Shown one piece after another: positions 8,396 through 18,206 of a stretch of DNA of 64,000 nucleotides (position 1 is the stretch's first letter; every line of letters begins with the position of its first letter). The notes beneath the pieces are model-generated. The model did not search any database, was not told the origin of the DNA, and was given only the letters and a program-made list of their open reading frames with translations. The stretch covers positions 1 through 64,000 of the IMG/VR virus record IMGVR_UViG_3300016667_000797. One strand, written 5' to 3'. Source of the stretch: a virus (taxonomy: Duplodnaviria; Caudoviricetes). The translations under genes and the position numbers were made by a program.

Positions 8396-10621
8396 GTGAG
8401 TCTCCTAGACATCCATGCTGGGCTAACGTACGCGGCGATCGCTCCCGTCCTGAGGTTGGAACCAGTCACGAAATACGCCGTTTTGGCGAAGTGTCCTTAC
8501 TGCGAGGCGCACGCGTGGACCATTCACCAGGATACCAGAAACCTGGAGGAGTGGCATTATTGTTCCCAGTGTAAGGTCAACGGCAGCGTGCTGGCAATGG
8601 CAGCTGAGCGACTGGAGATGGCACAAGACGATGCGTTACGCTACCTGGCCGACCGGTTGGGAATGACGCTCACGTTTGATCACCTGAAGGCTTATCACAA
8701 AAGCCAGCACTATGCCAAACAGCTGCGCGAGACCTGGCAGCAAGTCCAGAAATCAAACCTCTCGCGCGAAGAATTTCAGTTGCTGCACCAGCTCGGCTGG
8801 CACAACTCGGTACCTGTAAGTCCGGCTCGTTTTGCGGCAGGCATGGGTCAGCTTTACGGCGTGACGAACTCCAGCGTCATTAAAGAACGACTGGACAGCC
8901 ACTATCGCGGCGGGAAAAACCTGACCGCGCTGGTGCCTTACTACAAAGCCATCAACCAGGTTGGTGCGTTCTACGGGCATACCGGAATTCGCGAATACTT
9001 CTTCGCACCACCACACGTTGGAGTCAACGCACACGCCGTGGGTGAGTACGGGTTTGCCGGGTTGCCCTTCCTGCTCCAGTCGCAGTCGAACACGTTGGTG
9101 CTGACAACCATGCTGCATGTCATGATGCAGACGCACGCGCACAACTTTAACTATAACGATACGCCGCTACCGTTGCTTGCCTGGCGGCAACACCAGGCAG
9201 GCGGAGCCGAGCGGCAGTGGTCGTCCCTGGGTGGGCGCGACCTGGTGTTGTGGGAACGTACACCTACAGCAGCCGTACTGCACCAGGCCATACTGTCAGA
9301 CGCCCGACTGTCATTCGTAGGTCCAGAGACAGATCACCAGCAGCCGCAGGAAGTCTCCGGCAAACGCTGGTGGGCTTGGGTGCACGATGACGCTGCCCCT
9401 GTCGTATGTGAGCGCATTGTGCGCTCCTCACGCCCGTACGAGCACGCACTGAAAAACTGGGCAAGAATCTCTGCACCAGCGGACAAAGCCCGGCTGCTTC
9501 AGGACGCCGAACAGTATTCACCTCGCGTGGCTGAACTGGTGCGTTCGGTGGTTGGAACCGCAGCGCGTACCACTGTCGGCATGCGGGTCAATATCCCGGC
9601 CGGAAACTTGCGCGGTGCGGGAGGCAGTCGTACCTACACAGCATTGATTGAACGAGATGGCAAGTGGTTTGATTTGCAGGGAAACATCCGGTTGCCTGCT
9701 ATCCTGCGTATCACGCACACGGTGGTGCGCGCCAATCGAAAGAAAGAACACATTGGCTACCTCGAACACGACGGTCGCCGCTACGAATTTCGCGTACCGG
9801 AGGCCAAGACAACCTGGACGTGGCTGCGTGACTTTGCCCTTGAGAACGGTATTCCGTGGCACGTAGACGCCACGGCAAACAGCAGCTTTTGTCCGTTCGA
9901 CGCGGCTTGCCGGTTACAACCCCCTGAGTTGACCGTAGGGAAGGATCAAATTGGCTGGGATGGTACTGGTTTCCAGTTCCGCAACGCTTTCCTGGTCGAC
10001 GGCGTATTCACGCAAATTCCGGATTTTATACTGCCTGACGACGTACCTGGACCAAAACAACACTTTGCCAAACTGCATGACGACGTCAAGGAAGCGCTGA
10101 CACGTGAAGGGCCAGAGATGAAAATCATGTGGTCCTTCGCAATGGCGCTCTGTGCTCAGGTCACTGCGCCAGTGCTGGACATGGAGCCGCTGAGCATCGG
10201 GCTGAAGTATCCCAAGAACGACCTGTTCCTGGGTGCGCTTTACAGCCGATTCGGCATCACCCGTAATGACTACCGCGACTGGCCGCACCGCTGGCCGCGC
10301 TGGCTGGAATCTTACAACAAGGCGGTAACCCTGGATGATACCGGATTCTTCGTGGCTCGCTTGGCGCTCGACTCCAAGCCCAAGCGGTACGGCTCGATGG
10401 TGCTGGACCTGGGAGACGAAGAACTGGCACCGCGGGCCATCACGCACAGCGCCGACAAGGTGGTGCTGAATTACCTAAGGGAATTCAGCACCAACCTGCC
10501 GACGACCCCAGTAAACTGGCACACCTGGCTGGACGAAACATCCCGCCGAATGCGCAAGCTCTTTCCCTGGGTGCGAACGACTGCATTGCGCGAGGCCCGC
10601 CAACGGATCATCCTGCCTTAG
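8396..10621 (+). CDS. large protein with N-terminal CHC2 primase-type zinc finger (degenerate primase-like)
   Basis: KCPYCEAHAWTIHQD..WHYCSQCKVNGSVLAMAAERLEM...DALRYL resembles the DnaG Zn-binding domain; no intact TOPRIM EGxxD seen; GTG start at 8396 with an AAGGA SD. Confidence 0.65.
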   Translation: MSLLDIHAGLTYAAIAPVLRLEPVTKYAVLAKCPYCEAHAWTIHQDTRNLEEWHYCSQCKVNGSVLAMAAERLEMAQDDALRYLADRLGMTLTFDHLKAYHKSQHYAKQLRETWQQVQKSNLSREEFQLLHQLGWHNSVPVSPARFAAGMGQLYGVTNSSVIKERLDSHYRGGKNLTALVPYYKAINQVGAFYGHTGIREYFFAPPHVGVNAHAVGEYGFAGLPFLLQSQSNTLVLTTMLHVMMQTHAHNFNYNDTPLPLLAWRQHQAGGAERQWSSLGGRDLVLWERTPTAAVLHQAILSDARLSFVGPETDHQQPQEVSGKRWWAWVHDDAAPVVCERIVRSSRPYEHALKNWARISAPADKARLLQDAEQYSPRVAELVRSVVGTAARTTVGMRVNIPAGNLRGAGGSRTYTALIERDGKWFDLQGNIRLPAILRITHTVVRANRKKEHIGYLEHDGRRYEFRVPEAKTTWTWLRDFALENGIPWHVDATANSSFCPFDAACRLQPPELTVGKDQIGWDGTGFQFRNAFLVDGVFTQIPDFILPDDVPGPKQHFAKLHDDVKEALTREGPEMKIMWSFAMALCAQVTAPVLDMEPLSIGLKYPKNDLFLGALYSRFGITRNDYRDWPHRWPRWLESYNKAVTLDDTGFFVARLALDSKPKRYGSMVLDLGDEELAPRAITHSADKVVLNYLREFSTNLPTTPVNWHTWLDETSRRMRKLFPWVRTTALREARQRIILP

Positions 10622-12582
10622 AACCAGTCGTTGGGGTTGACGCCTCTCGCCGACTGTGCCGCATCGGCGTCGATCTCCACGTCTTCGTAAGCCGCCATGT
10701 CCGGCCAGGAGCCGTGCATCTGGAAGAGCATCATGGTGCCCATGGTCACGGCCTGCGCAAAGTCATCCGGACCGGACGGATCGCGAAGGATCTTATACTT
10801 GTCTTTGGTGAACCCCGTCTCCCGCTTGTCTTCGATCAGGTTCAGAAAGTCGTGCAGCAGCCCCGGGTCTTCCGAGCCTTTGTAATCGTACTGGAAGAAC
10901 CGGACGATGCCGCTCTTGATGAACTGACAGCAATACGACAAGGCCCGGTTCCGGTCCATTGTGTAGTGGTTTCGAGGGTGTATACGGGTCGCGGGCTTGA
11001 ACGTGATCAGGTTGCCCTTGGCCGGTCCAATGTAGGAGACCGGCAGGATGTTGTTCAGGCTCAGTCCCGACTGCGTCAGCAAGGTTTCCCGCACCGTACC
11101 GGCACCGGTGTAGTCGTGCACGACGTGACTGCACCGAAAGGTGCTCATGATCCCCAGGATCAGCTTGGCCTCACGCACGTGCTCGTGCGGAGTCATGCTG
11201 CGGAAACCGTAGATCACATCCACCTGTCCGTTGGGAAGCATGCCGCACACGGCGATGGACGTGTAGGATTGGAGCGCCAGGTCACTCCGCCCCTTGCTGA
11301 CCCCACCACCGCCCCAGTCGACGGCCACGAACCGGTAGGTGTACCGTTCAATGTACGGCTTGGCTTCGTCCAGCCGATTCTGCCATGGCAGACAGGCGGC
11401 CCGCTTCAGGTCGGTGACGGAGACGAGCTTCGTGCCCGAGTCCCAGCTCTCGCCGCAAACTTCGTTGTAGAAGACGTGGACCGGCGTGTTGCCCTTGCCG
11501 TTCATCTTGTCTACGAGCTTCTGCCACTTTTCCACGCTGGCATAGTGCATCGGCATGATGATCTGCGGCACGTGGTATCCGGCAAACGACCAGCGACGTT
11601 CCGCGTGGCGATGCACCCAGCGGCCCGTGCCGCCCTGTGAGGGTGGCCTGGGGTTGATGGCTCTGGCGCACTTGGCGCAGATCACGCCGGGACAAGTGTT
11701 GTTGATTCCCTCATGCACCGGCCCAATCATCTTCAGCAGGTCAAACTCTAGAGATGGGATGTTCCAGTGACCGCAGCCCGGATGGTGGCACCGGATCACC
11801 CACTCGGCCATCGACGAGTCCGTCCAGAGTCGCTCAATCGTATTGTCGAGTGTCTTGGGTGTCCCGGCGTACTGGATGATGCCCCAGTCCCGCGACGCCG
11901 AGATGGTTTCATGGATGATCGGCAGGAACGCGATGTCCATGTCCTGAATTTCGTCGATCACATTCTTGTCGGCTGAGATACCCCGTGTCCGCTCGGCGTC
12001 GAGGTAGGCGAAGCTGAAGATCATTTGCGACCGGTTCTTGAAGCTCCGCTGCAGGACGTTGTTGGTGGTGGTCGTACCACTGAACAGCCGCGCCACCGGG
12101 CTGGTCTCGATAAACGGCGCGACGTAGTTCTGCGAGAAACGCCGGATCATTTCAAACAGCGGCGTCAGGTAGAGCGTCGAGAAGTAGGGGATGCAATTTG
12201 AAAACAACACACCCTGGGCAGCCAGGGAGGTTGACTTGGAGACCTGCCGACCGGTCTTCAGGATTGTCTTGGTCGGCATTCGCGTGCGAAAGAAAGGAGC
12301 GAACGGAAAGTGATCCGTCAGGTGATACGGTTTACCGCGGATCGACAGCAGCAACGGTAGTAGCGGTTTCAATGTCAGGTTGCCTGACTGCCGCATGATG
12401 TGTTGCGCCACGTGCAGTCGCTGAATGATCGGGTCTGCCGACTTTGACGGCCGGTACCCGCCCATCAGTGGCGAGCTCAACATGTCGCTCAAGTCCACGT
12501 CAAACGGACTGGCACCGTCGTTCTCCTCGGCGAGAACCTGGCTGGCCGTTTTACGTGAATTCAACAGGTCCTGGTAATCCAT
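10618..12582 (-). CDS. terL: terminase large subunit (GpA-like)
   Basis: KTGRQVSKST Walker A-like, VIDEIQD Walker B, GTPKT motif III, CxxxxCGHW Zn element, VAVDWGGG and DDFAQA nuclease acidic residues. Confidence 0.9.
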   Translation of the reverse strand: MDYQDLLNSRKTASQVLAEENDGASPFDVDLSDMLSSPLMGGYRPSKSADPIIQRLHVAQHIMRQSGNLTLKPLLPLLLSIRGKPYHLTDHFPFAPFFRTRMPTKTILKTGRQVSKSTSLAAQGVLFSNCIPYFSTLYLTPLFEMIRRFSQNYVAPFIETSPVARLFSGTTTTNNVLQRSFKNRSQMIFSFAYLDAERTRGISADKNVIDEIQDMDIAFLPIIHETISASRDWGIIQYAGTPKTLDNTIERLWTDSSMAEWVIRCHHPGCGHWNIPSLEFDLLKMIGPVHEGINNTCPGVICAKCARAINPRPPSQGGTGRWVHRHAERRWSFAGYHVPQIIMPMHYASVEKWQKLVDKMNGKGNTPVHVFYNEVCGESWDSGTKLVSVTDLKRAACLPWQNRLDEAKPYIERYTYRFVAVDWGGGGVSKGRSDLALQSYTSIAVCGMLPNGQVDVIYGFRSMTPHEHVREAKLILGIMSTFRCSHVVHDYTGAGTVRETLLTQSGLSLNNILPVSYIGPAKGNLITFKPATRIHPRNHYTMDRNRALSYCCQFIKSGIVRFFQYDYKGSEDPGLLHDFLNLIEDKRETGFTKDKYKILRDPSGPDDFAQAVTMGTMMLFQMHGSWPDMAAYEDVEIDADAAQSARGVNPNDWF

Positions 12583-12599
12583 TCCACGGAGGTCCTTCT

Positions 12600-12764
12600 A
12601 TGGATGACTTTAAGCCCAGCAGCGCTGTGCTGAGCATGATGTATACGTGCGTCATGTGTACACTAGGCGTGATTCAGTTAATCATCGCGATCCTTTGCTT
12701 CGGAGGGACGTGCGTTGCTAAAATGATTGCAGCCCTTGATCCGGCGCAGTCTGAACCAAGATAA
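12600..12764 (+). CDS. small membrane protein
   Basis: ATG after GGAGGT; hydrophobic LGVIQLIIAILCFGG. Confidence 0.5.
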   Translation: MDDFKPSSAVLSMMYTCVMCTLGVIQLIIAILCFGGTCVAKMIAALDPAQSEPR

Positions 12765-12788
12765 CACGTTATAACGGGGGAGGCTATC

Positions 12789-13001
12789 ATGCCATCTCGC
12801 AGTCCTTTCGCCTACCAGCGGCGCAAACAATTACGATCGCTTGATTGGCCATCGCCGACGTTTGCGCCAGGGCAACTTCTGATTCACCAGTATCCGGATC
12901 CGTCCGGCAAACCGCTGAGTGAATTGGTTGCCGGTGAAGGGGCACCCCCTCCGGATCGTGTGATTCTGAATTCTTGGTCTCCCCCGCCGCAGGGGGAATA
13001 A
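12789..13001 (+). CDS. hypothetical protein
   Basis: 70 aa, GGAGG SD. Confidence 0.5.
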   Translation: MPSRSPFAYQRRKQLRSLDWPSPTFAPGQLLIHQYPDPSGKPLSELVAGEGAPPPDRVILNSWSPPPQGE

Positions 13002-13144
13002 TGACGGACACTGATTCAACCGTAGCGCTGTGGGGATTGTGTTTTCTCGTTTCGTCGCTTATCTTTTTCTGTGCCGGAGAGTTCGGCGCAGGCTTGTTTA
13101 GCCTGGCGTTCTTGTACGCCGTGTTGAAGACAGGCGGCTTGTGA
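13001..13144 (+). CDS. 47-aa two-TM membrane protein (not in the ORF track)
   Basis: Manual translation MTDTDSTVALWGLCFLVSSLIFFCAGEFGAGLFSLAFLYAVLKTGGL; coupled to both neighbours. Confidence 0.55.
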   Translation: MTDTDSTVALWGLCFLVSSLIFFCAGEFGAGLFSLAFLYAVLKTGGL

Positions 13145-13512
13145 GAGACACGCCCATGCAGCTGCTCATCGCCGCTCTCGCGACCTGGCAGGTCGTCGAG
13201 ATTTGGCACCATTCGTTACTCATGGCCCCGCTCCGGGCTCGCACCGAGATGTGGACAGGCAAACTGGGTGAGCTGCTGGCCTGCCCGTGGTGCCTCTCTG
13301 TCTGGGTCGGGTTTGGCTGCGGGGCTGCCTTGTCAACCGGCTATCGCGGGCTGTACGTGATCCTGTTCGGATTTGCGTGCTCCCGGCTGGCCAACCTGGC
13401 AAACGACTTGACCCACAGTCATTGTCGCACGCCACGCATCGGAATCGACATCAGTGCCTGGGAGGCACAACCGGAACTCATGGAGGAGGACCAACCCACG
13501 GAGACCACCTAA
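13141..13512 (+). CDS. DUF1360-like membrane protein
   Basis: LLACPWCLSVWVG motif with flanking TM segments. Confidence 0.7.
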   Translation: MRDTPMQLLIAALATWQVVEIWHHSLLMAPLRARTEMWTGKLGELLACPWCLSVWVGFGCGAALSTGYRGLYVILFGFACSRLANLANDLTHSHCRTPRIGIDISAWEAQPELMEEDQPTETT

Positions 13513-13790
13513 TGGGCTGCTGGACCTATGACGTAAATGGCGTGTCGGTTAAGTTTGCCGAGGCGGACGACACCGTTCCCTGCCTCTGTGATTTTGACCC
13601 GGAAGGTAGCTATGTGTCGGCGCGTGATGTCTACGCGCTGGCACTGCTCGGCGCGGCCACACTTCTGATTGACTGGAAGCAACTGCACAGCGGTGTCGGG
13701 TTGCCGTACTGCCTTCCACCCAAGATGGCGGAAGGCATTGTGTCACACATCAAGGATTTTGACCCGACCGACCCTGAGTCGGGGCGCTAA
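13512..13790 (+). CDS. hypothetical protein
   Basis: TAATG coupling to the upstream gene. Confidence 0.5.
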   Translation: MGCWTYDVNGVSVKFAEADDTVPCLCDFDPEGSYVSARDVYALALLGAATLLIDWKQLHSGVGLPYCLPPKMAEGIVSHIKDFDPTDPESGR

Positions 13791-13805
13791 CCAAAGGATG
13801 CCACG

Positions 13806-14204
13806 ATGGACGAACCAACTGAAGACGAAAAACAGCCACTCATGTTCGATGAGAAGCTGGACACCTTGTTCCGGAATGCCGGACATCAGGCATTCCTTAC
13901 GGTGCCTGAGCTGCGCAGCGTGATCGTCGTTTACGATTACTTTCGGGAACTGAACGACGTGCCGGACATCAGCAAAGGTGTTTGGCTCTCTGCCGAAGGC
14001 GATGCTGAACGGCCGCTTGACGCTGTTATGGGCTCATTCGGCGTGATGCTTCAGGGCACAGCACAAATCCTGGACTCGCTGTTTCAGCGCCATGCCATTC
14101 TGCAGGCCGAGCTTACGCGTGTCAGCCAAGAGCTGCTTGACGAGTATCAGAAGCTGGCACGGGTCAAATCCGGGCAGGAGACACCTGATGAGTCTAGCGA
14201 CTGA
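13806..14204 (+). CDS. hypothetical protein
   Basis: 132 aa ORF with AAGGA SD. Confidence 0.6.
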   Translation: MDEPTEDEKQPLMFDEKLDTLFRNAGHQAFLTVPELRSVIVVYDYFRELNDVPDISKGVWLSAEGDAERPLDAVMGSFGVMLQGTAQILDSLFQRHAILQAELTRVSQELLDEYQKLARVKSGQETPDESSD

Positions 14205-14766
14205 GCGAGAAGACCTGGACGCGCTGCTGGCGCGTATGGGGATCGAAAAATACGACCTGCTGTTGGTTGGTGACGGTTCTGGGTCCACTTGGGAACGACA
14301 CTGTGGCTGGGGTTGCGTTTCGATTGAACGTGATACGATGGCACGGCGGGTCTGGCACGGAGCCATGAATCACGGCACGGTCAACTTTGCCGAGCTCATG
14401 GCCTACCTGCAACCGCTGGTCTGGTACGTACAACGTGAGATGAAGCGGCGCAAAGAAGGTAAGTCGGTCGTGATGCGTCAGGTCCATATCCTGACGGATT
14501 CGTCCTATGCCAGCAATCTACAAGGAAGCCCGCCCGACCGTCGGGCCGGTCACAATGTCGTGTTGTGGCAGGTTTTCCGTCAATTTACATCGCAAGGTGT
14601 CCAGATTCACTGGCACTGGATCCCGCGTGAATCAGTCGAACTAAACCGATTGACCGACGCGATCAGCAAAAAGGCGAGGATTCACCTGGAGTCGAAAGAC
14701 CTGGTGACGGAATCGCTGGAACGATTCTCTCTGAACTCGATTTACGAATTTAACGCAAAGGACTGA
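14188..14766 (+). CDS. rnhA: ribonuclease HI-like protein
   Basis: GDGS, TVNFAEL, ILTDSSY, WHWIPR, N..TD: the RNase H catalytic D-E-D-D set. Confidence 0.8.
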   Translation: MSLATEREDLDALLARMGIEKYDLLLVGDGSGSTWERHCGWGCVSIERDTMARRVWHGAMNHGTVNFAELMAYLQPLVWYVQREMKRRKEGKSVVMRQVHILTDSSYASNLQGSPPDRRAGHNVVLWQVFRQFTSQGVQIHWHWIPRESVELNRLTDAISKKARIHLESKDLVTESLERFSLNSIYEFNAKD

Positions 14767-14769
14767 CAC

Positions 14770-15351
14770 GTGAATCAGTGGTGGCAATTCTGGCCGCAGC
14801 ACTTCTGCGCCAAAGACTGTGACGAGATCATCCGCATGGCCAAGACCTTCCCGGTTGTGGAAGGTAGTGTCGGTCACGGTGCCAACCGCAACATCATCGA
14901 CACAACCATCCGGCGCAGTCAGCTGCGGTGGCTACCGCGATTCGACCATCAGTTCTATGCCTTGTTCGGGATCATGAAAACTCTGTTTGCCGAGGCAAAT
15001 CGTAACGCGTTTGGATTCGACGTGACGGAGTTTCACGAAGTTCAGTTCACCGAGTACAACGCGGATAATGTCGGACACTACACCTGGCACCACGACACCA
15101 TGTGGACCAGTAACAAGCTGTTCCGACGCAAGCTGTCCATGGTTATCCAGCTGTCCGACCCCTCCGACTACGAAGGCGGTCAACTGGAACTTGCGGAAGA
15201 CGAGTGCCACGAGGTACCCAACGCCGCTGAAATCAAACAACGAGGAACCGTGATTGTATTCCCCAGTTTTCTCCGACACCGGGTAACGCCTGTCACGAAG
15301 GGACGGCGTTACTCGCTGGTCTCCTGGATGGAAGGACCATTTTTCCGATGA
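14770..15351 (+). CDS. 2OG-Fe(II) oxygenase (prolyl-hydroxylase/PKHD-like)
   Basis: YTWHHD, RKLSMVIQLSDP.DYEGG, VFPSFLRHRVTPVT.GRRYSLV.W. Confidence 0.9.
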   Translation: MNQWWQFWPQHFCAKDCDEIIRMAKTFPVVEGSVGHGANRNIIDTTIRRSQLRWLPRFDHQFYALFGIMKTLFAEANRNAFGFDVTEFHEVQFTEYNADNVGHYTWHHDTMWTSNKLFRRKLSMVIQLSDPSDYEGGQLELAEDECHEVPNAAEIKQRGTVIVFPSFLRHRVTPVTKGRRYSLVSWMEGPFFR

Positions 15352-15635
15352 CCGAGTTTGACGACATGGTCAACGCCTATCTCATGGACGCCCCAAAACC
15401 TCAGCCGCGCGCTGAGGTTTTTTCGTCTAAAGTGCGCCCGGCCGATGACCGAGTGCCGATCGACATGGAATACCGCAAGGTACCGGAGCTGCGCGCCCAA
15501 CCACTCTGTACCACCTGCGGCAAGAAATTGCACCACAACCGAAAAGCCTGGTACTACAGTGACGCGGTGTCGCGGAACTGGTTCTGTACCAAGTGCATGA
15601 AAACCTGCTGCGGTGTCAACCCGCCAAGAGGATAA
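15348..15635 (+). CDS. Zn-finger hypothetical protein
   Basis: CTTC and CTKC pairs. Confidence 0.55.
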   Translation: MTEFDDMVNAYLMDAPKPQPRAEVFSSKVRPADDRVPIDMEYRKVPELRAQPLCTTCGKKLHHNRKAWYYSDAVSRNWFCTKCMKTCCGVNPPRG

Positions 15636-15638
15636 ACC

Positions 15639-15857
15639 GTGACAAAAATCTCAGCCGACCATATTCCCAAACTGATCGTGCGCGACGAACAGAACGACGT
15701 GAGCACGCAGCTTCGCATTCAGCAAATCGCCAACGGGTTTGTCGTCCGCTCGGGCGGTGACCCGATCTTCTACCCCAACATAGAAGAAGTGGCCGAGGCG
15801 GTGCGCCTGGGCATCCTCCAGATCCAATGGCCTATCATCACAAGGAAAACCAAATGA
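15639..15857 (+). CDS. hypothetical protein
   Basis: 72 aa, coupled to neighbours. Confidence 0.55.
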   Translation: MTKISADHIPKLIVRDEQNDVSTQLRIQQIANGFVVRSGGDPIFYPNIEEVAEAVRLGILQIQWPIITRKTK

Positions 15858-16291
15858 GCGACCTGGCCAGACAAGTTGCCGCCATCAAGCCCATCTGCGA
15901 ATACCTCAGCAAGCTCGGCGTCGTCGGCGTCGTTGCCGAGTACGAGGGCAGTAGCGACGAAGGCGCCACAGAGGGCATCTACGCGGTTAAGGAAATCCTG
16001 GAAAGCCCACTCCTGACGGCTTACAACGCCGCCGACGATGAAGTCAAAACCAAGGAATTGACCGCGCTGGACGTACCCAAGGAATTGGATGCATTGACCA
16101 GCCATACCTACGGAACCGACCTACTGGAATGGCTCGGCGACTTTCTGGTCTTCTTTGCACCAGACGGCTACCAGGACGGCAACGGCGGCAAGGGTCGCGT
16201 CGTACTCGACGTGGCAGCCGGGCGCGTCGACGTCGAACATGACACGTACTACATCGAAACCAGTTCTGACAGCTACAGCTACCCGGAGTAA
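15854..16291 (+). CDS. DUF6878-like protein
   Basis: VAEYEGSSDEG ... GYQDGNGGKGRVVLDV...VEHDTYY. Confidence 0.6.
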   Translation: MSDLARQVAAIKPICEYLSKLGVVGVVAEYEGSSDEGATEGIYAVKEILESPLLTAYNAADDEVKTKELTALDVPKELDALTSHTYGTDLLEWLGDFLVFFAPDGYQDGNGGKGRVVLDVAAGRVDVEHDTYYIETSSDSYSYPE

Positions 16292-16294
16292 CTC

Positions 16295-16777
16295 ATGAAA
16301 AACTTTCGATTCGACTACACCCAACCCCTAAGTTCCAGTACCCGACGGGCGGAATTCAAGCGCAACCGAGATCTTGTCTGCAAGCTCCTGGCTGAACACA
16401 AAGTCCCGGCCGTGCTCATGCGTTATTCGGGCTACAGCGACAGCGGCTGCGTCGACGCAGTTTGGGTATTGAATAACAGCTACGGAGACGACATCGACGA
16501 TGCCGCTGCCTCCGAGGGCCTCGATGAGAGCAAAGCGCTCACGACGAAGCTGCGCACGACGCCGCTGCCGTCAGAGTTGGCTGCGGCGACCGGCTATACC
16601 ACAAACCAAAACGTGCTGGATTGGGTGGGCGACATGCTCATGCTTGTCACACCCGACGGGTTCGAACTAGATGATGGCGGCGACGGCTACGTCTTGCTTA
16701 ACGTCAAAACCAAGGCGGTTCAAACCCGAAACCGGACCATTACGATCAACACCGAATACGACAGTATCGAGGACTAA
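16295..16777 (+). CDS. DUF6878-like protein (tandem paralog)
   Basis: MRYSGYSDSG ... GFELDDGGDGYVLLNV. Confidence 0.6.
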   Translation: MKNFRFDYTQPLSSSTRRAEFKRNRDLVCKLLAEHKVPAVLMRYSGYSDSGCVDAVWVLNNSYGDDIDDAAASEGLDESKALTTKLRTTPLPSELAAATGYTTNQNVLDWVGDMLMLVTPDGFELDDGGDGYVLLNVKTKAVQTRNRTITINTEYDSIED

Positions 16778-16781
16778 GCCC

Positions 16782-17447
16782 ATGATTTGCAAAGAAAAAC
16801 CAGGCGACCTGGAGCTTGATTTCTTCTACGAAATCTACCAAGCGCCCCCGGCTGAAAAGGATTGGGCACTTTCCAATTGCTGTTCACTGGCAGACTGTTG
16901 GAATCGGTTGCCCGCCAAGTATCTGATCTGGCTGGCCACACGCCCGCACGTCCTATCCGATGCTGATCAATACCGGCTCGCCGCCTATTGTTGTCGCATG
17001 ATTAAACATCTGGTGCGTCACCCAGTTACGAACCGGGTAATTCAACTCACCGAAGCGAGGGCCCGAGGGCGTGCTTCGGTGAGCAAGATAAACGAACTGT
17101 TTGCCACGCTGTCCGAGCTGCCATCTGCGCTGCCATCTGCCTCAGAACCTTTTGTGCATTATGCCGCGACATGCTGCCTCATGGAGGCGTTGAACGACGA
17201 GGCCTGGTCTGCCGCAAGCTGTGCCGCAGACCAAGCAAGCCATGCATTGTCACTATGCGTGCCATTCGAGTCGGCTGTTGCCAAAAAGGGTAAAGCGCAG
17301 GTTCGGATCGCCAACTACATCCGCAGAACCTATAAACCTCGGTTTAACTGGAAGATTCATCGCAGGTCCAGCAACTACTGGGGTCCACCCAGCCTGGACC
17401 CTGGCGTTCCGGAAGCTGCTTTTCAGGAAGTAAATCCCAATGACTGA
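16782..17447 (+). CDS. hypothetical protein (RLAAYCCR / Ala-rich helical family)
   Basis: CWNRLPAKYLIWLA..VLSDADQYRLAAYCCR, paralogous to the C-terminal half of the 19942 ORF. Confidence 0.6.
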   Translation: MICKEKPGDLELDFFYEIYQAPPAEKDWALSNCCSLADCWNRLPAKYLIWLATRPHVLSDADQYRLAAYCCRMIKHLVRHPVTNRVIQLTEARARGRASVSKINELFATLSELPSALPSASEPFVHYAATCCLMEALNDEAWSAASCAADQASHALSLCVPFESAVAKKGKAQVRIANYIRRTYKPRFNWKIHRRSSNYWGPPSLDPGVPEAAFQEVNPND

Positions 17448-17694
17448 CACCGACGAACAGGACTTGGCCCACGCCAAGTATACCCGCCAAACCTACGGCG
17501 AGTCCGGCTGGCTTCTCAGCTGGGCCCGCACCCCGGACGGCAAGTGGGTCGCCCGGGTCAGCTGCCCTCAGTACGACGAAACGATAGAGGGCGAAGGCCC
17601 TACCCGGCGTGCCGCAATCAATAAAGCCTCGGCCCAGCTGTTGGACCGACTGCACAAAGATTACAAGGCAATCAAGAAAGGGACATACACATGA
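17440..17694 (+). CDS. hypothetical protein
   Basis: 84 aa, coupled. Confidence 0.55.
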   Translation: MTDTDEQDLAHAKYTRQTYGESGWLLSWARTPDGKWVARVSCPQYDETIEGEGPTRRAAINKASAQLLDRLHKDYKAIKKGTYT

Positions 17695-18206
17695 TCGTCA
17701 ATGACCGCGAGATCGCAATCATCACGGCCGCACTCTCCTACATGTTTAGCAACATCGCCGACGTCAACGAGGCCATGGACGCGACCTTCACCGAAACCGA
17801 AGTCAACAGCCTGCTGGAGACCTTCCGCCCGTTGGCAGGCTGGCAAGGGGTCAACCCCACCGGAACCGTCGCACAGATTCAAGCTATCAAGTGCGCCTAC
17901 GCGGACTTGGTCGGAGCTTACCAGGCCCGGCAACAACTGGATCTGTTTGCTCACGACTGGAAGGAACACTACACCACAATCGACGAGCTTGAACAGGCGT
18001 TCGACTTCATCGAGCCTGTCTCGCTGGAGGAACCATTAGACGAAGACGGCCCGGACGACGAGGAAGATGAAGACGATTTTGCCGACGAAGACTTCGATGA
18101 CGACAAGAACGGCATCGAACCGCTCGATGCGCCTGGACTGGAAGCCTTTTTCGACAAATACGCCAAAGACACTGAAGAAGAGAAGGACGACGATGCCGCG
18201 ATATAA
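17691..18206 (+). CDS. hypothetical protein with acidic C-terminus
   Basis: 171 aa, D/E-rich tail. Confidence 0.6.
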   Translation: MIVNDREIAIITAALSYMFSNIADVNEAMDATFTETEVNSLLETFRPLAGWQGVNPTGTVAQIQAIKCAYADLVGAYQARQQLDLFAHDWKEHYTTIDELEQAFDFIEPVSLEEPLDEDGPDDEEDEDDFADEDFDDDKNGIEPLDAPGLEAFFDKYAKDTEEEKDDDAAI

